Shown one piece after another: positions 51,540 to 63,142 of a stretch of 64,000 bases of DNA. The position numbers and the translations under genes are program-made. The stretch spans positions 26,412,001-26,476,000 of the forward strand of contig OZ116708.1 of assembly GCA_964199315.1 (NCBI GenBank). Reading direction: 5' to 3'. Within the stretch, counting starts at the first letter, position 1; each line of letters opens with the position of its first letter. The notes under the pieces are model-generated. The model saw only the letters and a program-made list of their open reading frames with translations, had not been told where the DNA came from and did not search any database. The DNA is from Orbicella franksi. Lineage: Eukaryota.

Positions 51540-52030
51540 CTGCTAGAGAATATAACAATATCATGTGATATAATGACTGGATATCTTAGCAAGCTCTACT
51601 GAGCTTCTCTACAAGTTCCCCAAATCTTAATATACTAATTTGACTATGCCAGATGTATTAATACTTTAAATTCTAATACTAACATGGGCTTCTTGTCCTA
51701 AAATAATTCTACTCTAGGAATACATATTATCTCGCACATAAACTTTCGTAGAATTTTCAAAAAGAATATACGATTTTAGTATTTTCAGTTCCTTAGGTAA
51801 CCTGTTCCAAATCTGTGCTCTCCTACAAGTTATTGCAAATTTCCCATAATCTGTTAGCCTGCGAACGCAGACGTATTTTTGGCTGTCGCTGATAATCTGT
51901 CCTTTTGTAATCAATATGTATGTTCAGAGAGGGTGATCGGGTCTTATGACTATGTATGTTTTTATCTAATTTAAAATGATCAGTAAAATAACTTGATAGA
52001 TTGTCATTAACAACTACAATTACAAATTTA
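51540..52030 (-). mobile_element. CR1/L2-group LINE 3' fragment interrupted by a 37-bp insertion
   Basis: HSHKTRS..NIHIDYKRTDY|GKFAITCRRAQIWNRLPKELK; insertion 51855-51891 flanked by a duplicated ATAATCTGT. Confidence 0.75.
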
Positions 52031-53220
52031 AATAGCAAATACACAGAAAAAGTACAATTGAAAATTCATTAAAAGTTTCTACTAATAATAGGTCAATATT
52101 AAACATAATTTAGCGCATAATTTTTTTAAACTACTGAATAATTGGCTATAGTGTGAATATTTGCATTGCTTTCCACGCAAAAAAGGCAGTCACAATTACA
52201 ATTACGACACATTCTACAAAGAACCCATATGATATAGACCTTTTTCACGGCGAGAATATTTCCTGTAATACATTAATGAGGCGGTAAATAAAACGTATTT
52301 CGTGAAGGCTTGACCAGTTGCTCGATTTTTAAAAGTCGTATACTTATACGATCAAATAGGTAGGTAGGTAGGTTGTCTTTATTTATACACGATATGAGTG
52401 AAAGCTGGAAGCTTGTGGGGCCGTGTACAACACATACTGCTAGAATTTAAAATATAAATAAAATGAACTTTCACAATAAATTACAGCTAATTTATCTATT
52501 AAATACAATTAAGTGCAGTTTAAAAGCGTATAGAAATGCTATAATGCGACATTGAAACAAAAAATTCGATCCTTTGGAAAGTTTGTTGAAAACTAAGAAC
52601 TAAGCCGGCGTTAAATTCAGAACAAAACGCTATTTCTCGACTGGGCACAATCGACAGGAATATTATATGTAAGTACTAATCGCTGAACAAAATTCCACGG
52701 CAGCCTTGTCAGGCATCCAATACACAGGCTGTGGCACCTCTTTCATGCGAGCAAAGCGAGCAAAGCTTGCACACTCTACAACGTAGCACTACATTTGTAC
52801 CTAGAAGTGTGAAATGCACTCCAGTATACAGAATATTTGGCTACAGCTTATCTTTACCGCTGCTCGATCAAGAAACCGTACAACAATAACGAATAGGACA
52901 TTCGTACCACATGACATTACTTCCTTCTCAGCGGTCTTCCCAGAGTGAATTAGAACAAGACAACCAACTGGCCGGAATACTGCGAAAATCCATCAGTGAA
53001 ACACGTCTAAAAACTGATATTTTTGAGATTTTTCAAGAATCAACAGAAGCACCACTTACTTACAAGTTTACTAACTGAGCTGTGAAGGCAGTGAAGTGCT
53101 CAATTTATATCCTCGAAGTCGTATTCGTTTCGATTGGTTATTACATAGCGTGGGCTAGGCTCGATTTTCGCCGGCTGCGCTGGCAATCGATCCTAAGTTG
53201 GCGTACAATATTACGAATTA

Positions 53221-53401
53221 TGATGATGACGACGATGATGATGATGATGATGACGATGATGATGATGATGACGATGACGATGACGATGACTATGACGATG
53301 GTGATGACGATGACGATGACGATGACGACGACGACGATGACGATGACGATGATGACGACGACGATGACGATGACGATGACGATGATGATGATGATGATGA
53401 T
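53221..53401. repeat. (GAT/GAC)n trinucleotide microsatellite
   Basis: Direct reading of gatgatgacgacgatgat... Confidence 0.98.
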
Positions 53402-53671
53402 AGTGTGGGCGGTATTGAACAATGAGTCACTGCGTTTCCGTTTGCTTTTTATGTCCACGAAAGAGACCTGGTCTAATATAGTAATAATATTAAAGCGGAT
53501 CAACTTTTACAATCGCAAACATCTAAAGTATCGTGATATTGAGTGGTTGCCTTGTACTTTGCAAATGTAAGTAGAGGAACAAGCATTTGCTCATTATCGA
53601 CGCCATAATCGTGTACACTTGATTCCTTGCATTTTTCCCTATTTACTTCTACTGAACAAACTCTCTTTAAA

Positions 53672-54036
53672 TGTGTAATAATAATAATAATAAAAATAAT
53701 CATAACAATAAAAGTAATAATAATAACAATAATAGCAATAGCAATAGTAATAGTAATAGTAATAGTAATAGTTATAGTAATAGTAATAGTAATAGTTATA
53801 GGAATAGTAATAGTAATAGTTATAGTTATCGTAATAGTAATAGTAATAGTAATAGTAATAGTAATAGTAATAGTAATAGTAATAGTTATAATTATAGTTA
53901 GAGTTAGAGTTATAGTAATAGTAATAGTAATAATAATAGTAATAGTAATAGTGATAGTAATAGTGATAGTGATAGTAAGAGTGATAGTGATAGTAATAGT
54001 AGTAAAATAACGATAACAATAATAATAACAATAATG
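53672..54036. repeat. (AAT)n/(AATAGT)n compound microsatellite
   Basis: Direct reading of aatagtaatagt... Confidence 0.98.
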
Positions 54037-54039
54037 ATA

Positions 54040-54216
54040 TCCATTAAGGTGGGAATTCCTGTCGACCTGATCTAGAGATCTTGGGGTCGGCAAAGATTCT
54101 TAGGAAGGTGCTGGAGGTGTAGAGAAGAAAAGAAAGCAAACAAAGTTAGGGTGATTCTTGGCTTCCCTGTGCAACTTGTTGTTGCCCGGTGTTACTCAAC
54201 AGCTGTGTGAATTTTC

Positions 54217-54217
<1 letters not shown>
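54040..54217 (+). mobile_element. 3' end of an R4/Dong-like RLE non-LTR retrotransposon (element 1)
   Basis: ..GIPVDLI*..ILGSAKILRKVLEV* followed by a short 3' UTR and (AAT)n. Confidence 0.6.
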
Positions 54218-54248
<31 letters not shown>

Positions 54249-54273
54249 TAATAATAATAATAATAATAATAAT

Positions 54274-54491
54274 AATTGGAGCACTTGGAGCTATCAAAAA
54301 GGGACTAGGAACTTATCTTGGAAGAATTCCGGGCCAATTAAGCATCAGTGAACTACAAAAGATAACCTTGCTAGGTACAGCACACATTTTGAGGAGGGTG
54401 CTATCAAGCTAAAAACTGGCTATCCCCTAGTGCCCCAGGACCATGGTTTGGTCTCGGCCCTAAGGACTCTAAGCAAACATTACGTGAGGAC

Positions 54492-54492
<1 letters not shown>
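54274..54492 (+). mobile_element. 3' end of an R4/Dong-like RLE non-LTR retrotransposon (element 2)
   Basis: IGALGAIKKGLGTYLGRIPGQLSISELQKITLLGTAHILRRVLSS*, a typical C-terminus of RLE-bearing elements; flanked by (AAT)n on both sides. Confidence 0.75.
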
Positions 54493-54535
<43 letters not shown>

Positions 54536-55404
54536 CAACAACAACAATAATAATAATAATAGCAATTACGAGTACCTCAGGTATGAGGATATAAAATGGT
54601 TACCTTCTACTTTGCAAATGTAAGTTTTAGAAAGATCAAGCACTGATTTGCTTTTTCATTTTACTTTTCTGCTACTCTAACAGAATTAGTTTTCATGAGG
54701 ATTAAAGCATAATTCAGGGTGAGTATTCAGTTTCCACAGAAGATTTCAAATTGTCTTTAAACGCGCGAAACAATTTATTAAATTATTTTGCGCTGGTTTC
54801 CAATTTCATCACTTAAACTTTGACAAATGAAACTCTCCCGTGACATACTTGCGTTTTTGAACTAGACAGAATGCATGTCACCCCGTTTGTGATTATACAA
54901 AGCAGGCTCCTGACAAAGCCATTAGACGTGTTATTCGGGATAATCTTTGACTCTCTGTTTTTCATTGAAATTTCTAATTCTTTACTGCTAAGGGGAGTCT
55001 TAAAGTAATTCCTGATCAATTTTGTTATCACAAACCAAGAAGCTGAAACATTCTGTGAAAAATGTCAGAACCAAAATTGCGCATCCATTTCAGGACAATT
55101 GCAATGCATATACAGGGCACAAGCGGTAAGACCTGATATTTACAACGAAAAGAATGAAATGTGGATTGAATTGTTTAATTACGATTGGGGTTAATTTATT
55201 CACAACTTTCAGTAATCTGAGTGACAGGAGTTTCGTTCCGAGAACCAACGACTCGCACGTGTAGTCCTAGGAAAACATGGAACCCTGCAAATGTCGCCGG
55301 CATGGTAAAGAAATAACGCCTACATGAAACGCTACCTTCCGCTTCCGGAAAAAAAAAAAGGTATTAACCTGCGATCATGCGTTCTTTTGTTTATTCTTTA
55401 TTTT

Positions 55405-55454
55405 CCCTGCTGTTAAAAAAGAACGCCTTATCGCATTCTTTTTTAACAGCAGGG
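55405..55454. repeat. Perfect 19-bp inverted repeat with a 12-nt loop
   Basis: ccctgctgttaaaaaagaa-cgccttatcgca-ttcttttttaacagcaggg. Confidence 0.9.
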
Positions 55455-55928
55455 GTTACAAAGGAATAAAATACCTTTGCAGCCTGCGATCAGGCGTTCT
55501 TTGTTTTTTTTTCCAAAGTTAATTGGAGTAACTACACAAACGTGTAATTCTAGGCGTATTCCAATCGGCGAACTTTTTGCATTGTTATCTACGGCTTTGA
55601 GGGCTCGAGAAATCGGAATCCTACTGTATTGTTTTCCGTAGAGAGCAACCCAACCAGCCGGGATTACCCTGTCATTATTCTAAACTGAAATACAGTTTCG
55701 TGCTGGAGTCCGTAAAATTCCTCTCCGCCGCTTCCCATGCTTCGCTTCCTTCCTGGCCGAGTCGGATCAAAATTGGAAGGCTTGTGATAAGTACGAAATC
55801 TTTTAAAAGCCGTCGAACAATCTAATTAAAGTTTCCTCAGAACACCGAAAAACATCCCAATCCCCGGACAAAATCAATTGGCGCATTTTTACTTAATCCT
55901 CCCTCCGTCGAACGGTCTTTCTTCCCAC

Positions 55929-56014
55929 CTGTCTTCCAGCAGTTGTCTTAGTCGCTCATCAAGTCTCTCCGAACTGCAGGATCCAACAGAAATAAAACTC
56001 CTCACAGAAGTCAT
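55929..56014 (-). CDS. Short first exon copy B6
   Basis: 86 nt, MTSVRSFISVGSCSSERLDERLRQLLEDR, donor AG|GTGGGA. Confidence 0.65.
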
Positions 56015-59000
56015 GATGCTTAATCAGTTCGAGGAAAATTTTAAAGTGTTTTTCGATAATATCAGACTTTTACAGTGAGAATGTACGACGACGACGACGA
56101 CGAGACAGGCGAAGACGACCACTGACTGGTGTCACTGAGGTCATAACAGTCACCCTACAGCTGCAGATCATAGGCATATGATTTATATGCACATCTGTCA
56201 ACCATTGTCACTGTCACTTGTAATGGAAAAGAAAAGGTGGCTCAATGCCGAGCGATTCGACCCAATAACGTTCAGGACGTGCGTAAGCATAGCCAACAGC
56301 TTACCCGCCACAAACATGAACTTAGATTTACGGGTAACAAAAATATCGAATTCGGGGTTTTCCCGTATGTCTCCTGACTTAGCGTGACAAAAACATGGGA
56401 AGTACCATTTTATAGAAACTAAGATGTGCGGGTCGGTCGCGATAGTGACTTTAGATGCGTAGCTAAAACCCAGTCTATGAACATAGCTAAGGGACCCCAG
56501 TCAGGGCATTTTAAGTTATTTTGCCATGTACAAAATTACCTTTCAATTGAAGAAAACCTGGAAAAAGTAGTTTACTAAGATAAAACACAAAAGAGTAATA
56601 ATAAACCATAAAAGGAACAGGGAAGATTAACACGGATTACAAAACACGAACTTGAAAGACTTAGGCTCAACTTTTCAAGATGAGCAAACCGTGACGTAGT
56701 TTCTTTAATTAGCGTTCAGAGCGAGTAGATCGAGGGGTGGGGTAACATTTCTAATCATCATGTATCACCCCTCGTGGTACATGATGATTAGAAAGCGTAC
56801 GTGGCGTTACGCTTTTCTGTCATAGCCAGTCGAGCTTGCACAATCATGATAACATTTATCGTTTTCACTTCTTCACGAAATTAAAACGTACTCCACGAAA
56901 CTTTTGAAGGGAATGCATTAAGATTTTAACCCAAACACAACACTTTCAACTCCCGCACAAAGAAACTGTGAAATAATTCCAGAAACTAGACCTTGAACAA
57001 TGCGTGCCTAATCAAATCGAGGGGAAAAAAAATAAGGAAAATCATCCATTTAATTCAAACTCATTTCAGAGAGGACAAGTCCTTAGGAAACAATATCAAC
57101 TGAAGTGCACAAAAATGAACTTAACTTCGATATCGAATCGATTCAAACGCAGAACCAGCATGAGCTGTTGACATAATGCACGATGGCGCAAGCAAAGATA
57201 AATTACATTTTGATAGTCAAAAAATACGAAATTCTCTCTCAGTCTGCTGGTCTTCGGTATCTAACACCAAATCAGGTCTATATATTTATGTCATAATGTC
57301 GTATTAAAGCCTGCTCTGACAATCTGTTGCATATTTTTATTCAGCGATATTACGTACATTAAGGATCTATTAACTTTGCGTTCTACGGCCTACCCTTAGA
57401 GGAACTGATATATTTTCATTGTGTAAACCTGCTTCCACTTCCTATGATCTTTACTCTCTTAAGTATTTTGCTTGCAAAACTTGGAACTCTTTGCATGAGA
57501 ACTTTATAAGGGAACCTACTTTACCTGGTTTTAAACGCCTCGTAAAGACAGTCTCCTTTCAGCTATAATTGCTGATTACTACACTAATTATTTATTATAT
57601 ATATACTGTAGCAAAACATAATTGTTAGTAGTAGCACGTTTTGTTTTTATATTTGCAATGTTTATTTTCGTCGAAGATATTAGCTTTTTAGCTACCCTGT
57701 AAATTCGAGTCAAAATAAAGTTATGTACAATGCATGTATGTATTACCTATTGGACTCAGGTAATTGAAGTTCGACGTTTGACCTGGCCTAAAAGGGTTGT
57801 TCGTCACAGATACTTTCATGCTCGAGAGCGTACCTCGTTAGTATATTTGACCGTGCAACCATAGACATGTAAAGTAAACAATAGATCTTCTAGTCATGTG
57901 ACAAGATAAACCGCCAGAGATATTAACGTGGTGTATTTGTTGTGCAGGAACTGAGAATAAATCGAATTACTACTATCTGTTTCCAAACATTAGTTGACTA
58001 CGAGTAATCATTCATAATTTTCCACCCTGATTGCCAACAAAATAAACTTCAAGCGATTGAGAGAAACATCACCACAAAAAGATTCAAGGCTAGGCCATTT
58101 GTTTTCTCACGTTTCCTACCTCTCACTTCAAGATCTACACCAAGCCAGGGACAAAATAGGAATTGCTTGGTTTTGATCACAACCTCTTCATCTTTCATAC
58201 CGCAAACAAAATCCACCCAAGTCTCTCGCCATCCTCGGTGTACAATACGGTGGGCGTTTTTGTTTTCTTTTAGGCTTCTCCGGTTCGTTAAACCCCTGTT
58301 GCTGTCGTTACTGAAAGGACCGACAAAGACCTCGGTATTACTCACGGTATTGGCCGAACAATATCACGAACAATATCCTTACGACGCCATCATGATTTTG
58401 GAACTAGGCGTGCTGTATTTTGATTGGACAACACCAACCGGGTGAGAGTTTAAATGCCTCCAAGACCATCGGTGTGTGATATCCCAAACGAGACCGTGTT
58501 GAGCAATGGCGCAAAAAACGTGCATCTCGCATTAATTTCGAGCGGTTTGCAATTGACTGTCGACGACAGCATTACGTCGAAGTTGGTTTTATTTTGCATT
58601 TGCCGTCTGCTTTAACCTATTCAAGTGTTGCTTTCAAAATAATCGGCTGAGGGAACACACTGCTCTCTTCTCAATCAATAGGACCAAGGCAAGTGATCAC
58701 GTCTCGGCTTACGGGTATTTTCCCGCGCTTCGTATACATAGCGGTGGTACGTTTTCCCGCGCTTGGCCCCGGTCTCACATTTTCCCGCGCTTGACACCGG
58801 AAGCCACTTTAGTTGCAAGTTTTGATTGGCTCCCTCACCACCAGGGTTACGAGGCTGCGGCGCACACATCATTCTAGTTGAAGAAAGAAGTATACATAAC
58901 AATATGACGTTATTTGTAGTTTTTTCAGGGATCAGGAGTTCTGCTGGTATTTAAGTCCAAAACTGTACATTGATACTAGACACTAAAATACCTTATAAGA

Positions 59001-59934
59001 AATACGTTTTCCAACATAATTCTTTCAAGAAAGTTATACGTTGAAATATGTTCCAGTTTGCGCGCAATCTGGTAACATAAGAGGGCTACAACTAACCTTT
59101 ATCTTTATTGAGTATTCTTAGAATACAAGTGACAGCAGTAACTGTTCATCAAGCGATGAAAGACATCATCGTTTCGAGCTGAAGGCTAGCCATAAGTGTA
59201 TGCATTGGTGGCTTACTAAGTAAGAACACTTATGGCCTCATGTACATACAATTAACAAATGTATCATGTAAAGAGTAGCAAAAATACTAACAAGCTCAAA
59301 TCTTATATTTAGTTCCAATCAAGTTACTTCTAGTCATAGAAAAATTAATCTGCTGATTGGTACAAAATAAAATGTACAAATACTCGCTTCTCCTCTCAAA
59401 AGTCGGTTAAAATATGGGCAAACGTTAATACAATTTATATTTCAAGAGGCTATGCAAAATTTCTATTATTACAGAATAATTCATTCATTTCTAAAAATAC
59501 TTAATCTTTGGAGAGCCATATCTCCGTATAACGATTTTGAAAGGTATGGTACAGTCGAAGCTCCTTAATACAGACACCACACAGCTAAATGACACCTTCA
59601 AGTGATCGATTGAAGGCCTTCCTACTGCACGTGCGGTATGCTGCGGTCAACCGTAACACAACGACAACCAGCGGATTAAAATAAAAGAACACAAACAAAG
59701 TGGATTAAAATCGACCAATTTGACCTTTGAAAAAACAAAAATAACATTTTTGTTTCCACATGTCCCCGCTAACATAATTGACGAACCGCTTGACGGCAGT
59801 ATAAAAAGACATTTCATGCCTAAAATGGGTTCAAAAACAACTGTTTAACTTAAAAACGCGCAATTAATATGTAAACAATAAACAACAGTCTTGAGATGGC
59901 AAAACAACGTCTACGAAACTATAAAAAAAAACAG

Positions 59935-60435
59935 TTAGTCAGAAAATTCAATTTTAAGGAATAATTTATCGTCCTTCACATACCGATCACGGGGCTGAAA
60001 ACTTCTTCAATTGAAGCAAACTTTACAAAACCACATCCTGTACAAGAAATGGCTTCAGTCGGCTTCTGAAATGCTGATAGGTTTGGCTTCGCTTGCATGC
60101 TTTGGCTGATGTGGCGTTTGGCGCCACTCTGATCCAAGATGGAGAGGGTCATTCTTTGAGTAAATGGCCATCTTACTTCGATGTTATCAAATTTTCCCAT
60201 CATCATGTTGATAAAGATGGCCACATATCTCCCACTTTGATTTTCCACCCCATTGAGGTAAACTCTTACTCCAACCTTGTATTCATAGCTATCAGTATGA
60301 ATGGCTGAACTGAAGAAAGCCATTGGCTCTCCATTGGCATCTCCTTGACGACGCTGTTGAACCTCTGTTATTTCCAAAATAAAAAATGTTTCCCTTAGAT
60401 TCATCTTGTTCCTTGTAGCCTTTTGTGGCTCGACC
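59935..60435 (-). CDS. Terminal MATH exon of TRAF6-like gene A, with a 1-nt frameshift near the C-terminus
   Basis: Paralog of 27599-28094; acceptor tgtgttttattctcag|G. The frame shifts at GGGG (59991-59994); the conserved tail DRYVKDDKLFLKIEFSD* continues in another frame to 59935. Confidence 0.85.
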
Positions 60436-60988
60436 CTGAGAATAAAACACAATCTATTTCTTACTATTTACATTACACTGTTTCCCTTAACATCGTATAA
60501 CGGTGTCTATGGTGTTGATTAAAGCTATCGTTATCACTTCTTTAGTCGCAGTTCACTGCAAGGTTAATTCGATATGATGTTGTGCACACATGCATACATA
60601 TGAAAAGCTGCAACTATTAATCAAATGAGAATGTATTTAATAAGAGATATCCTAATAAATTCCACCACGCATATTATTTACTTTTGCCATTTGCGCCTTA
60701 AAACTGTAAAAGTGCTAAACGTATCCTTCTTAACAGACAATTGTAAATAAAAACAGTATTACATATTTGGTGTTGGCTGGCATCTTTTTGTTCTAGTGTG
60801 GTTTCAGCATTTACGTTCACTGACATAATAGCTGGAAATTTACATCCACTTGAATGACTCACACAAAAAATCTAGCAAAAAAAAAAATGTTTTCAAAATG
60901 GTTGAAAAAGTGTTGATTACCGAGGTATCATGATTTGACAATGTATTTGATTTCCCATGCAAATGTAGTATGTGTAACATCAGCTTGC

Positions 60989-61884
60989 CTGTCAAGTTCT
61001 TGTTTCCACAATTGCAGTTCCTGGCGACTACAGTTATGTTCCACAGCCTGTTCCGCTTGACCTGTGGAACTCACTCCATTTATGTCGGCACCATTGAGCT
61101 GGTGGTGACATAGAGGCAGGTCTTCATGTTCTTCTGGCGTCCGTTCTCCAGAAGGTCCCGTCTCCTGAATAGGGTGACGTACTTCTTGTCTATCTCGCCT
61201 CTGCGATCCATCCAGGACCATCTCCTGAGTGGGCTGGCTCGATACATTAGCCCGTGCACTCTGCTGGTAACGGGGCTGCTGCGGTTGTCCATTCACCAAC
61301 TGACTAGCAAATGATTCCTGAATGGAAGATTCTTCTCTGGACACATGCTCTCCTCCATTTAGCATAGAATGGTTCAAATCATTGCTTCTTCCAACACCGC
61401 TCTGCTGATAAACTGACTGCCGCTCCCGCGTATTCAATCCTGAAATCTCCTCCATTTCTGGGATGAGAAAAGATATTTCACGGACTTGTCCACCAATTGC
61501 CATTAGGTGGCTCATTCCATCACCCTGATCATCATTAGCCTGTCGCTGGTAGGCTGGCTGCCGCTCATGTGCACTCAACCAATGGCCGGCAACAGCAACC
61601 TCTTCTACTACTGGGATGGAGCAAGATATTTCACTGGCTTGTCCACCAATTGCCATGAGGGAGCTCGATGCATTACCCTGGCTATCATCACCCTGCTGGT
61701 GGGTTGGCTGCCGCTCCTCTCCGTCCTGCATGCTTTGACTGAGATTCTGCTCCTCCTCATTGTCAGGGAGAGAATGTCCAACGCCCTGCTCGTCATTTCT
61801 CAACTCAGGGATCGCCTGCCCGGCAGGTAGCTCAACCGGAGGAGTGTTGTTGCTTGGGACACAGCCCTGACTACCATCTCTGTG
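60989..61884 (-). CDS. Q/G/S-rich disordered internal exon of gene A
   Basis: Acceptor tttcattattctag|CAC (phase 0); 896 nt open; GC donor GAC AG|GCAAGC; aligns with 28354-29108. Confidence 0.8.
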
Positions 61885-62075
61885 CTAGAATAATGAAATA
61901 CAGACAAATGACTTCATTCATACAGTACTGCTGTGCTAGTTGATAGCACAAACAAATATTGCGAATAGAACAGGAGCATGTTGAAAATTCCCACTGGTGG
62001 GAGACTGACCGTTCGGATATCCACAATGCACGGCCGGGGAGTTAAGTGCGGGACTACCGCAAGGAAATCCTGCTG

Positions 62076-62386
62076 ATAATAATAACCCAAAAAATATTAA
62101 TGATAATAATTAATTATAATAATGATAATGATGATAATAACGATAATCATGATAATCATAATGATAATAATGATAACAATGATAACAATAGTAACAATGA
62201 TAACAATGATGATAATAATAATAATAATAATTAATAATAATAATAATAATAATAAAAGTTGTGAGTGTTTTTAAAAATATAAAAACCGGAGAAAAATAAA
62301 ACCGGAGATAAAACCGCAATGAAATCCTGCTCTTAATAATAACAACAACAGCAACAGCAACAGCAACAGCAACAATAATAATGATG

Positions 62387-62418
<32 letters not shown>

Positions 62419-62462
62419 GATACTAATGATAATAATGATAATAACGACAATATTAATAATAA
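62076..62462. repeat. (AAT/GAT/AAC)n compound microsatellite
   Basis: Direct reading. Confidence 0.95.
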
Positions 62463-62745
62463 TTTATTTCTAGCGCATTACATCAAAAATCTTAATGCTG
62501 TTACAGAAAAGTTATAATAAAGGATCGAGGGTCCTTTACAATAATTAATTACAATGTAAAAACTCAACAAAGAACAAGATTGGCATGCTTAAAATAAAAA
62601 AAAAATTTGTGAGTCTGTTTTTAAAAATATCAAAGCACGGGGCGCTCCTCACGATTAACGGAGGGTCATTCCAAACCGTGGGTGCAGAGGATGAAAAAGC
62701 GCGACCATAGATTTTTGTCCTAAACACCGGCCTGTACAGTCGAAG
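62463..62745 (-). mobile_element. L2-clade LINE extreme 3' end
   Basis: FRTKIYGRAFSSSAPTVWND.P..VRSA..FDIFKNRL, a 3' UTR ending in aataaa, then an (ATT)n tail. Confidence 0.75.
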
Positions 62746-62851
62746 GTTTTCAATGGCGTTTGAGCGAAGGTTGAGGCAAGAGGACCTCAACCAAGGACCT
62801 CCAAATTTCGAGTCCAGCATCCAAAACCATGAAGCCACGCCGCATCGACCG

Positions 62852-63142
62852 TAGCCTGCAGAACAGGCGAGATTTTTTCGAGCGAGCGCTCACATCGTAA
62901 AAAGCTTAGCCGCCATCTTGAATTTTTTATGCAGTGGAAGACTGGGGAGAGAAAGAAAGTTTTACCAAGGGGGTGAATGATAGGCAAGACGAAGGATAGG
63001 ACAGGGGGTGGAGCGAAGAAAATCTCGCGTCTTCTCATTGTTCCCCTCCCCCATCCCCCACCGTCTAACATGGCGGTCTAAAAAGGCGGTCGCAAGGTTG
63101 TAACGCTAACTCGCCCCAATAAGACGTCTGCACTGCAGGCTA
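62852..63142. mobile_element. 291-bp MITE with TAGCCTGCAG..CTGCAGGCTA termini and a 9-bp TSD
   Basis: TSD CATCGACCG at 62843-62851 and 63143-63151. Confidence 0.85.

Larger units (their letters stand above)
61950..62842 (-). mobile_element. Probable tRNA-derived SINE split by a microsatellite and an L2 fragment
   Basis: Degenerate A/B-box head on the minus strand at ~62842-62775 (TGGCTTCATGG..GGTTGAGGTCC). The body-like segment at 61950-62075 resembles a SINE recalled from cnidarian DNA. Confidence 0.4.

Noticed and set aside
53082-54093. Poly-Asp, poly-Met/Thr, poly-Ile/Val and poly-Tyr ORFs
   Set aside because: All are translations of (GAT/GAC)n and (AATAGT)n microsatellites in several frames.
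53530-54630. Duplicated 'tggtt.cctt.tactttgcaaatGTAAGT' at ~53545 and ~54597 as plus-strand exon ends
   Set aside because: No acceptor or coherent ORF was found; it is more simply a local duplication flanking the microsatellite/retroelement cluster.
56235-56320. tRNA-like segment (minus strand, GGGTCGAATC B-box-like)
   Set aside because: I could not fold a cloverleaf; at best it is a decayed SINE head.
62046-62319. Asn/Asp-rich and Tyr/His-rich ORFs
   Set aside because: These are microsatellite translations.
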